Source of the DNA: Octopus vulgaris
Taxonomy: Eukaryota
NCBI GenBank assembly: GCA_951406725.2
Contig: OX597818.1
Location: 79,980,001-80,044,000 of the forward strand
DNA: 64,000 nt
Direction of reading: 5' to 3'
Made by a program: the position numbers and the translations under genes
Shown here: piece after piece, positions 53,713 to 64,000 of the stretch
Position numbering within the stretch: the first letter of the stretch is position 1
Layout of the letters: each line of letters starts with the position of its first letter
Notes under the pieces: generated by a model
Database searches by the model: none
What the model saw: only the letters and a program-made list of their open reading frames with translations
What the model was told of the DNA's origin: nothing

Positions 53713-54869
53713 CATGAGGTGCATTCCAGAAGTTTTCAGGTTTCGTTTAGGAAAAACCTGCCTTAGATTATTATTTATTCGAGATTGAAGGAACTGGTTG
53801 TAACAGGACTTTGAAAACATCCTACTAAACTAGTTTGCAGAATGCAGTCAGGCTGTGAAAACAATTTGGAAGCTCACTATGCAATAAAGTTTTGTGTTAA
53901 ATTGGGAAAACGCTACAGAAACTTATGGAATGCCAAAGACTGCTTAAGGATTAACTTGTATGAGCTGAGCATGTTTTTCGCTGGCACAAGAGCTCCAAGA
54001 ATGGTAGAGAGGAGATGAGAGATGATGAGACGTGTGGGAGGGAGAGGGATTTCAGAATATCTGAGCTGGTTGAGAAAATTCGTGATTTTCTGGATGAAGA
54101 CCGTTGTATGTCTATTAAGACATTAAGCATATTGTTTGGGGTTGGGGTGGCAACTATACACAGAATTATTCATGCAAATTTGAGCATGAACAAAATTTGT
54201 GCAAAGATTGTTCTCAGAATACTCTGTGACGAACAGAAGAAAAGATGCATTAGTGACAGCAAGGAGAGGGAAGCATCCTGGTTCGCCCAGACCCAAGAAA
54301 GCCAGGCAAAGCAAGTCCACGAGGAGGCTTGTGATGATCTCCCTTTTTGACAGCGAGAGCATCATCTACATTCACTAAGTTCCCACTGGCCCACCGTCAA
54401 CAAAGAATACTTTGTGGAGGTTTCGAGAGAGTTCAAGAAGAGATTTCCTCACACAAGTCCAGAGCTCTTCCACTCAGGCCAGTGGCACCTACACCAGGAC
54501 AGTGTACCAGTGCACTATTCCATCCTGGTAACCAAGCACTTGACAGAGGTGGGCATCAAAGCTATCCCTCATCCTCCCTACTGTCCAAACCTTGCTTTCC
54601 GTGACTTTTGGTTGTTCCCAAACTGAAGGATAACCTCATAGGCAGTCTTTTTCTAATTATTGAAAATATGATGGTGAATGTAACAAGGGTCCTGAACAAC
54701 TTCCTTTTTTAGGACTTCCATGGGACCTTCACAAAATGGTTGGAGTGCTACAACAAATGCATTGAAGCGAGAGGGTCCTACTTTGAAGGAGATTACATCT
54801 TTGTACTTCTATGAAATTAATAAATGTCACTCCTGAAAGAGTCTCAAAACGTCCAGAATTCACCTTGTA
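53713..54869 (+). mobile_element. Decayed mariner transposon
   Basis: Degenerate TIRs. Frameshifted transposase with YAIKFCVKLGK, HQDSVPVH (HDNAxxH-like), PHPPYCPNLAFRDFWLFP (YSPDLAP-like) and a YFEGD end. Confidence 0.88.
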
Positions 54870-56025
54870 TATTTCCTAGAAAAAGACTAAATTTCTAACA
54901 AAACGAACAAAAACTCCATCACTGGAATTTGGATAACATCGACAATAATTGTTGCATTATTTCGGGGGGTTTTTTTCGTCTTTTCTTCAGCACTTCTAAA
55001 TATGATTCATGAAGTGTTTCTTTGATCCTGGTCAAGAAGTTGCTATTTTTCTAGCCCAAGTCGAGTACTGCAAATTTTCCTTCCACGATAACCTTCAATA
55101 CTAATGCAACCTTAACCTTTGGATCTATAAATCATTCCAATGCTCTTGGATCAATTAAATACTTCTACAACGTCTGGATTTTTTTTTCAGTTAAAACTTG
55201 AGTATCCTCAATATCGTAGCTATGATCACAATTTAAAATGCAAATAACGTTTTGTTTTGTTTTTTTTTTACCTTTTTTATTGGGTATTCCCTTTCAGATT
55301 CTCTTCCTCTCCGTTTCAAGCGGAATAGTATATTTCCTGACATTAAAAAATATTATACATGTTATGTCATACATGTTGAACATAACATATATATACATAC
55401 ATACATGTATATATATATGTGTGTGTGTGTGTGTATGTATACATATTTAAAAATATATGTATATCTACATATATACACATACAAATATATACATATACAT
55501 AATACATATCTATGTATGTGTGTATGTATGTATGTATATGTATCTGTGTGAGGGCGCATGGCCTAGTGGTTAGAGTGTTGCACTCACGACCACGAGATTG
55601 TGGTTTCAATTCCAAGACTGTGCGTTGTTCTCTTGAGCAAAACACTTCATCTCACGTTGTTCTGCGATCACTTCGACGCCTAACGCGAAGTACACCGTAC
55701 ACCTGTTCAGGCAACGTCGATTTGATGGAGTAAGTGAGCTAATGTACGGTACATACACTTGATCACTATAAACAAATCATTTGTACAGGTCGTTCCGCAA
55801 AAAGCTGAACGCTTATACGTCGTCTTCGACGGGAGAATCCACCATATATGACTATAGTTCACAATGAATACATAACATAAATTAAAGTAATAAAGAAGGA
55901 TAGGAATGCACGTGCATACCTACCTATGGGTCATAACCCCGAAATTATTTCCATTCTGCCAATGTAGCCAACATTCTACGGGCGACCACAACTTGTATAT
56001 GTAGTGAGGTATCTTATTTAAATGA

Positions 56026-56130
56026 GACACCTGATGAGACAACCTGCATTGATGGATGCAACACAGCTAGCTGTACAATATCCCACCCGTAAGGGATAGA
56101 TGCAGGACGGGTCGAAATGATTGTTGTGTT
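56026..56130 (+). ncRNA. Type I hammerhead ribozyme motif, CpG-decayed
   Basis: Stem I GACAC/GTGTT; CTGATGA; stem II GAC/GTC extended by CCTGCAT/ATGCAGG; GAAA; stem III ATGATTGT (two transitions from the palindrome ACGATCGT); AATAAA follows. Confidence 0.7.
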
Positions 56131-56415
56131 GAATAAAGGTTCTTGCAAAACCCATTTTTCTTTTCACTCTTTCATTATAAACTCAGTGAACACTGCGGAA
56201 TTCCTGACATAGAGCCAGTGGCAATTACATCGTAACTGTGGATGACATCAGCTAGCCTAAACGGTGAAAGTGCTTTAATCTGCATACTACTAGACATATA
56301 CCCAAAGTCCAAATAACTACTTTTATAAATATATATATATGTACATATTTATACATACATACATACATACATATATACACACACACAAACACACACACGC
56401 ACGCACACACGCGCA

Positions 56416-56467
<52 letters not shown>

Positions 56468-56506
56468 CATACATACATATATATGTACACACATTATCCT
56501 TTTCAG

Positions 56507-56629
56507 ATGCTGTTCTTCCACCCGGTTTCAAGCGGAAAGCTGTATTTCTGATGATGACAGCAGAAAAATGCCGGTTGAAGAAGCACACAACGGACAACTT
56601 CAAGGAAAACCTATTACAGACATTACACA
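56507..56629 (+). CDS. SCUBE: SCUBE exon (spacer region)
   Basis: TTTCAG acceptor, A|GTAAGT donor, 123 bp. DAVLPPGFKRKAVFLMMTAEKCRLKKHTTDNFKENLLQTLH. Confidence 0.85.
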
Positions 56630-56658
56630 GTAAGTCAGTAATTATCTAACAACTGTAC

Positions 56659-56738
<80 letters not shown>

Positions 56739-57480
56739 ATTGCAGTAGCAGTAGTAGTAGAAGGAGCAGCAGCTGTAAAACCAGCAGCAGCAACAGCAGT
56801 GGAGGCGCAATGGCCCAGTGGTTAGTGCAGCGGACTCGCAGTCGGAGGATCGCGGTTTCGATATCCAGACCGGGCGTTGTATGTGTTTATTGAGCGAAAA
56901 CACCTAAAGCTCCACGAGGCTCCGGCAAGGGGTGGTGGTGACCCCTGTTGTACTCTTTCGCTCCGACTTTCTCTCACTCTTTCTTCCTGATTCTTGTACC
57001 CGATTTCCTACGCAACCGTTAAGCCTGGATGCGCATTCATCCATCCGTCGATGCTCTCAGTGTCGGGGGTTGACCTGCATTCTCTTCTGCGGGTCTTACG
57101 AATAGCAAAGGACCACGTTTCGGACTTCTCCCACTGGGACGAAGACCGCTTCGCTCAACAAACAAACAAACAAGCAGCAACAGCAGTAGTAATGGTTGTT
57201 GAAAATACGTGACGACTGGAAGCGTCGCTGTTGTAGGACGAGAGTTTGGTGTCAATGAATCTATAATACCATTCGTTCCATTGCAAAATGTATGGGGATA
57301 GTCCACTTATTATTTATTCATATATCACTTTTTCCTACCAAATTCCTTGCTAAATGAGGATAGATGTGCTGATATAACTAAGTATATTTACATTATTCAA
57401 AAAATGTGTGTGTTACCGTCTCTAAGCATTTATATCATACTTATATTATATTCAACTGTGTACATCATTTCTTTGAGCAG

Positions 57481-57636
57481 AGAAGAAGCGTTATAAATGT
57501 ACAAAACTGTGCCACGTACAGAACGTTAGCTTACAATGTGGAACGAAAAGACGCCGCTTCCGACAAACATTGAGCAAACAAAAGACATATATTACCGCTG
57601 AATTTGAAATCGAAGTTGCTCCTAAAGCCCCGACAG
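57481..57636 (+). CDS. SCUBE: SCUBE exon (spacer region, basic motif)
   Basis: GAGCAG acceptor, G|GTAAGT donor, 156 bp. KKKRYKCTKLCHVQNVSLQCGTKRRRFRQTLSKQKTYITAEFEIEVAPKAPT matches the SCUBE spacer pattern CHV..V.L.C...KRRR...ITAEFEIE. Confidence 0.9.
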
Positions 57637-57886
57637 GTAAGTAGAAGCAGGATTTCAATATATTTTTTTGTAGTTGTTGATTCTTTGTAAGCTACAATAA
57701 AAAACATAACAAAGCCATTACCACTCCTTTAGCTCTCTCTCTTTATGAATGTGTAACGGAAAAAAATAATTTGTAAACAATAATATGATATGTCGGTGGA
57801 GGCGATAATAATTTGTTTTTAAAATGGCAAGTTGTAAGATGTGAAAGATAGACAATGCATGAAGTTTTAAGGAAAGTATTTATTTA

Positions 57887-59300
57887 CCTGGTATACGAAG
57901 TGAGAAAGGAGGAAGAAGAAAGGCGAAATGTACATTTGATGCAATGCAGTCAACAGGGACAGTGCCTGAGATGGGAAGAATATGTGATCAATCGCAGAAT
58001 ATCATGGAAGGAACTTTGGGCTTGAGAACAAGCAAGAACATCCTTCCTGATCAAGTCTACCTTCGACGTTCTACCCTCACCGGCGAACTTAGTCCGGTGG
58101 AACATAAAAACAACCGATGAGTGTAGATGCAGAGAGAAAGCGACGGTTAGACATGTTCTGTCAAGTTGCAGACTAGCACTAGAAAGATATACATGGCGGC
58201 ATATTCAAGTCCTCGGCGTCATAAGCGCAGCACTCAAGGAGAAGATCGAGAGGTACAATAGGGGGGAGTACCCAAAAGTAGAAAAGTGCAGGAAAGTATA
58301 CTTCCACAAGGAGGGAAAAGGATATAAAACCAGGCCTACAAGTAAAGTATACGAGATAGACGAAAGATGGAAGGGATACTGGGAAGTGGCCACGGACTTG
58401 GAAAGACAAGTAATATTTCCACTAATAAAAACAACAAAAAGACCGGATTTAATCCTATGGAACAGAGACCGGAGAATAGGAATTTTACTAGAACTGACAG
58501 TACATTGGGAAGAGAACATCGGCAATGCAGAGGAACGAAAGGAGAGGAGGTACGAAAAGCTAATCGAAGAATGCAGAGAACAGGGGTGGAATGTCGAATA
58601 TTATCACCTGGCAGTGGGAGCTAGAGGCTTCATTAAAAGGAAAATGACAACGCTTTTCAAAAGAAGATTTGTTTTTTCTAGCTCCGAGCTGCGAAAACTA
58701 ATAAGGAGAGTACAGGAGGCGGTCGAAAAAGTCAGCTTCTATATATGGCTGAAGCGGGAAGACCGAAAATGGCTTGAAAGTCATAACATGCCGGTGGGAA
58801 ATAACATCATTAGGTGAGACAAGCTGACACTGAATCAGCTTCGCTGACTGACAGGTGACGGTCGTTTAGAAAATGCGCGGGCTAAAACTACGCGCCTTCA
58901 CTAGTCAGTTAAGGTGAGACAGTGTCACGTGACAACTTGCTGGGGCTGTCTGCTGGAGCCTAACGGCAGGTATTTAAAGGGAAAATTTTGGCAAATCAGT
59001 CAGTCACCGGCTGACACTCGCTGACGATACATCGAAGAGGCCAGGGAACAGAAGAAAGAAGACATGCACCCAACACCAGAGCTGAAGACACCTCCGAAAG
59101 GTGGGGGGGGCTGCCACGTCGAAACGGTAGATTAGTAGGGGCCGAAACTGGACGTGGTTCCTCCTGATGATGTCTTGAGCTAACTGGATCTTATAAAGGA
59201 GCTGTTGTGGTAGCAGACCACGAAACACGGTTGTAATTCCCCAAATACCTTGCCTCGACGGGTAGGTCAATGATAAATCCAGAAGCATGCGAAATAAAGT
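57887..59300 (+). mobile_element. 5'-truncated HERO-like (RLE) non-LTR retrotransposon
   Basis: QQGQCLRWE...SFLIKSTFDVLPSPANLVRW...CRC...HVLSSC...RYTWRH...KRPDLILW...LLELTVHWEE...ERKERRY...VGARGF...WLKRED. One in-frame TGA at ~58023; ORF ends 58817. 3' boundary approximate. Confidence 0.85.
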
Positions 59301-60805
59301 TTGTGTTTTTGTGTCCTCTTCATTGTTTACTAGTAATTACAGAGAGAGATAGAATGATGTTGTAAGAGACAGAATTAGAGCTAGTGATAGTTGTAGGGTG
59401 TGGGATGTTGCTGACAGTAAACTTCATTTCTCCCTCTGACCAAAGTTCTAGCTGGTAAGCCAGACTTCGTTCTCACTGAGTTGTCACCGCAGTGACTAAC
59501 TGATTTTTGCTTGGGATGTTCTTGCTTATATTAATATCCAGAAGGATAGACATATCATTGAGAACAATATATTTAGTTGGTGGTCTTGTTATCTATTCTA
59601 TCTTTTGGTGAAATAGAAGCGGTTAGAAAGAATCAAGTGGTGAAAACATTATTTCGGCCTAGCTAAAGGCATCTGGGAAATGTAAAACTGCTGTCAGAGA
59701 AAAACCATTGTTCCATCGTGGGAAAAGTTCTGTTGCAGTGTTAATTTAAATTTGGCTATGGCGGATCGAATCCACTTCATGCATGCAAAATTCGCTACAA
59801 ATGGTTGAGTTATAGACTTTCTCACGAATTCCTAGGCAAACAGGCCCTCACTATACAGCAGACACTTACTATATACAAGCAGGCACTCGCTATACGGCAG
59901 GTTCAGAAAATAGTGGATGCATGAAGGCGTCGCATAATAGTTAGGGTGTTATATTCGCGATATTAAGATTGTAGTTTTGATTCCCGGACCGGGTAGTGCA
60001 TAGAGTTCTTGAGCAAAACACTTCATTTCACATTCCTCCGGCCCACTCAGCTGTAAATGATTTCCAACAATAGCGAGGAAGTTAATCTTGTCACGGACCA
60101 GACAGAAGGAAGTCTTATGATTTCAGTCACTTATACGCCATGGAAATTGGGTGAAGCTCTGGCATTATGAGTCATAGTGCTCACGACAAACCTAAGCTAA
60201 TAATAGTGAATGTAAAAATACGGAGATGATTCTGGAAGTCTGATGACAGCGGAAGAAATAGGCTGGTATTACCAAAAGATTCCATGCTAGTTTCTAAGAC
60301 GCTGTACCATTCTTATTGATATTGCAAAGATAGAGAAAGAGAAAAGAAAACGAAGATAACTCAGTAATAGAGCGCCAAGTTAATTAAAAACAGATTTTTA
60401 GTTCATTAGGCTGCAGTACCGATAACAATTTCTGTTAAATGGTATGAAAGAACAGAATATGATAAAATATTTCCCAAAAGTTTAAAGACTCTAAAGCGTA
60501 CATTTAATTCTTGGTTATTTTCTGTTTATCAACGATACACGGCTGTACACTTTTAATATATCTTCAAATATCTTTAAAGTGTTTCAGCTCTAAAGCTACG
60601 GTCATTTTTTTTTTACTTGTTTCAGTCAGTGGAATACGGCCATGCTAGAGCACCAACTTATTGTAGGGTTAGTCGAACAAGTCGATTCCAGTTTTCTCTG
60701 GTACTTAGTCTATTTGTCTCTTTTGCCAAACCGCTAAATTACGTGGACGTAAACAAACTAACACTGGTCGTCAAACAGTGTTGGGAGAATATACACGCAT
60801 ACATA

Positions 60806-60848
<43 letters not shown>

Positions 60849-62245
60849 GACTGCCACACACACACACACATAAACAAACTAACACTGGCTGTGAAGTAGC
60901 TTGAGACAAACACAAAGACACACACAAGCTTACACACTGACATAGATAGATAGAAAGATAGATAAAATATACAGGATGGACACAATTTTTCTCAACGAAA
61001 TTCACGCATAAGATAATTGTCAGCCCTGGGCTATAACAAAAAAAAAAATTTCCAAAAGTGCCGTGCTGTAGGATTGAACCCGAAACTATGTGGTTGCGAA
61101 ACGAAAATCTTAACCACATAGCCATATCTGCGCTTTACTTGATAAGAAATCTCAGCGAAACGTTGTTTGATTCCTGAAATTCAGCAAAACTGCATCTGCT
61201 TTTGAATCCATAGGCGCCAACCAGCAAATATTTATGTATTGTTTTAATAAAATCATATTAAAAGCAGCTTAAATCGCCAAACAGAAATTATTGTTTACGT
61301 CTGACATATGCTCAGTCTTTCTCCCTCGCCCGCCGTTCCTCGCTTTCTCCCTCTCTTGCTTTCCTCTCTTTCTCCTTATCACTTACCTTTTCTCTTTCTC
61401 TCTTGCTCATGCCTTCTCCCCCTCTTTCGCTTTCCCTCTCTCGCCTGCTCTCTCACACACCTTTTCCTACTCACCTTATCTCTCTCTCTTTCTCGCTTTC
61501 TCCCTCGCACTTCTCTCTTTCTCACCTTCTTTCGTTCTCTACCTCTCCCTCTTATTTCCTCTCACCTCACTTTCTCACCGTCTCTTTCTCTCTCACCTTC
61601 TGTCTCTCGCCTTCTCTTTTCCCCCTCTCTCTCTCTTTCTCACGCCTTCTCTCTCGCAGTTCCTCTGTCTTTCGCGCACACAATATCAACTGCATACTAC
61701 AACTGCAGTTTAGCTCTCAGGCTTACAACATAGAAGTTTTGACTCCTTGTCACGTTACTATAAAAATAGTGTGGTAAGTAGCTTGCTTACGAACCGAGGC
61801 ATGAATTGCACGAAGCCGTCTTGCAGTCTTGGGAAGAGCTATCTGGGCGGAAAATTCGTGGATGAACTCGTGTTCGGCGTCAAATAGTTGACTGTCGTGG
61901 TGGTAACAGATTCGTGTAATAAATTTTGCGTTTACTTTTGTTTCATAATATATATTTTTTCGGATGCAGCCAGACTTTTCACACAGAGGGTATTTATATG
62001 AGAGACCTTGTACAAAGCGAGTTCTATCAACAACCTTGAATACATGAAACGCTCATCGCTCTAACATCCACTTGTTCTAACAATACGATTGTATCTTTGT
62101 ACTCGCAATAGGCCTTTATAATGCAATTGTAACAAATACTTCCATTACTATTATACAAAATCCCATCTTTACAATTACGCACCCAACTGAACTCTAACAT
62201 ATTTTTGCATGCAGTAGGTCCTAACACTGACATTGTGTCTGGATA

Positions 62246-62815
62246 TATTGGGTTGTCCGGAAAGTTCGTGCCGATTTTTAAAGGAAAGAAAAAGGTCAAT
62301 AAATACTTATCATTACATTTTTAATCAACCAAATATGAACCATTTTGTTGCACAATGCGTCTCCATCTTTCCTTTAACTTGAAAATAATCTCTTCCCAGA
62401 ATTGAGGAGGTTTCATGGCAAATAATTCATAAAGGCATCTTTTTATGTCATCCAAGGAATTGAAATTTTTACCATTAAGACTATTCTGCAGAGACCTGAA
62501 TAAGTGAAAATCCGAAGGAGCAATATCTGAGGAATATGGAGAGTGAGGTAACACGTCCCAGTCGAGCTGCAGCAATTTTTGTCTGGTTCCCAAAACATCA
62601 AGTGCCGAAAATGAACTTTCTTATCTTCCATTTTAAAGGGTTACAGAATTAACACAGGTTATTGGAACATAAACTTTCTTCCACGAAAAGATAGCTTAAA
62701 CTGGGCTCTAAATGGAGGTGTAGTCAAATCTTATTTTATGGACTCAACCATATTCTAAAATAAGTCGAAAGGTAAGCTACTATAAATCGGCACGAACTTT
62801 CCGGACAACCCAATA
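62246..62815 (-). mobile_element. Internally deleted mariner with perfect TIRs
   Basis: 32-bp perfect inverted ends TATTGGGTTGTCCGGAAAGTTCGTGCCGATTT (including TA). N-terminal MEDKKVHFRHLM is joined out of frame to C-terminal LPHSPYSSDIAPSDFHLFRSLQN...ERWRRIVQQNGSY. Confidence 0.93.
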
Positions 62816-62990
62816 TTTCACCTGTTCACGTCAAAGTATCTCACCGATGTTCCTCTGGTTTAAAAATCAAAATTCAAAATATGCACAGATTTCCACTTGA
62901 ATTAATAATCCTAATCAATATCCACTGATAACCAATCAGCAATTGATCTTTTCACCAATCAATTAATCGGTCTTCTTTTTTTTATTACAG

Positions 62991-63093
62991 AATCTTGTAA
63001 TATTAATTGTACCCGAAAGAAAACGGAGAGACGTCTGAAGAAGACCATTAAAAGACTTCGGCGTTCGATTAATAAAGAAAAGTTCTCAGTCAT
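62991..63093 (+). CDS. SCUBE: SCUBE exon (basic helix of spacer); gene continues beyond the window
   Basis: T-rich ACAG acceptor, AT|GTAAGT donor (phase 2). ESCNINCTRKKTERRLKKTIKRLRRSINKEKFSV matches SCUBE C..xC.RK..E..L...IKxLRxSI. Confidence 0.88.
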
Positions 63094-63166
63094 GTAAGTG
63101 TTTTCAGTTCTTTGATGGAATGGCTTCATTGAAAATAGATTTTATCAGTTATATGTTATGCTAAGT

Positions 63167-63336
63167 CAGGCCCATCGCCAGACTTTGGTGACTGGAGGTG
63201 CTTTAAAATATTCCAAACGGGCACTAATTTATATTGCAAGAAGATTTCTTTGTATGCAATATTTTCTAAACCTGAGGGTGTACCATTAGATAGTGAGGGG
63301 CAATGCCGGCCAGTGTACCCCTTAGCGACGGGCATG
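63167..63336. mobile_element. Possible hAT-like MITE
   Basis: Imperfect TIRs CAGGCCCATCGC / GCGACGGGCATG. No clean TSD. Confidence 0.35.
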
Positions 63337-63339
63337 CAC

Positions 63340-63600
63340 CGAGTATTGGTATCAGTTCTTGTGTGCCTTCTCGCATTGGGCAGCAAATTGATGCCACTTG
63401 TTTCTGTTAGCTGCGATTTTTTTTCTGCATTCGTCCATGCGATATTAACCGCTCTCTCTCTCTCTCTCTCTCGTCTGTTACGAATATTGTGCCATGTAGT
63501 TGTCGGTCTTCCACTTTTTCTTTTTCCCTCTAGTGGTGTCCAGCTAAAAACTGTTGTAAAATGGCATTATTCTGGGAGCCGGATTATGTGTCGTCTTCAC
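63340..63600 (-). mobile_element. RTE-like LINE 3' fragment
   Basis: Minus strand RHIIRLPE*CHFTTVFSWTPLEGKRKSGRPTTTW. Confidence 0.6.
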
Positions 63601-64000
63601 TAAGTGGTCTTATGTTAGCTCTCTTTAGAATGCCATCGTACCAGACCAGTCTTAAACTCGGAAAAAGTAAGAAGATTGGTCGTTGGACCAGCAGTCCAAC
63701 CCAGTAAAACAAAAACAGCTACAAAAACAGCAAAAGAAGACCAGGGAGGAAGATGGCAAATGACATGACCCAACAATGCCTGACTATAATGAAATCCATT
63801 CTAATTAATCTTTTCTGCTAAAAGCACAAAGCCTGAAATTTGGGGGAAGAGGATTAGTCTATTACCTCGGACTCCGTGTTTCACTCGTACTTAACTTATC
63901 AACTCCGAAAGGATGAAAGTCAAAGTCGACTCCGGCGGAACTCACAACGTAAAGACGGACGAAATGCCGCTAAACATTTTTCCCGGAATACTAACGATTC

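Noticed and set aside
56800-56875. tRNA-like sequence (also near 12110, 51165-51238 and 55550)
   Set aside because: Box A/B are present, but it runs into a SINE body and lacks a proper acceptor stem. These are SINE heads.
59138-59175. CGAAAC...CTGATGA in the HERO 3' region as a type II hammerhead
   Set aside because: No room for stem I, and the stem II strands do not pair.

Overview
AT-rich, microsatellite- and transposon-dense eukaryotic DNA. The SINE and microsatellite landscape suggests an octopus or other cephalopod; this is an inference, not a database match. One protein-coding gene crosses the window on the + strand: a SCUBE-family gene (signal peptide-CUB-EGF). Thirteen GT-AG exons (9826..63093) splice in frame and encode nine EGF/cbEGF modules plus the start of the spacer region. 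The signal-peptide exon was not found, and the Cys-rich and CUB exons must lie downstream. The introns hold three tRNA-headed SINE families, decayed mariners and MITEs, a hAT MITE with an 8-bp TSD, non-autonomous Helitrons, and fragments of R4/Dong, HERO, Tx1 and RTE non-LTR elements. They also hold a full-length U2 snRNA-like copy whose branch-point recognition motif is broken. The least expected signal is a set of minimal type I hammerhead ribozyme motifs from apparently unrelated repeat families, like those carried by Penelope-like elements. One is intact, in sense orientation, and sits inside a ~680-bp fold-back that could lock it. One has a G3:C8 swapped core. Two long palindromes turn around at or next to a hammerhead-like core. 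Nearly all ORFs in the supplied track are microsatellite artefacts.
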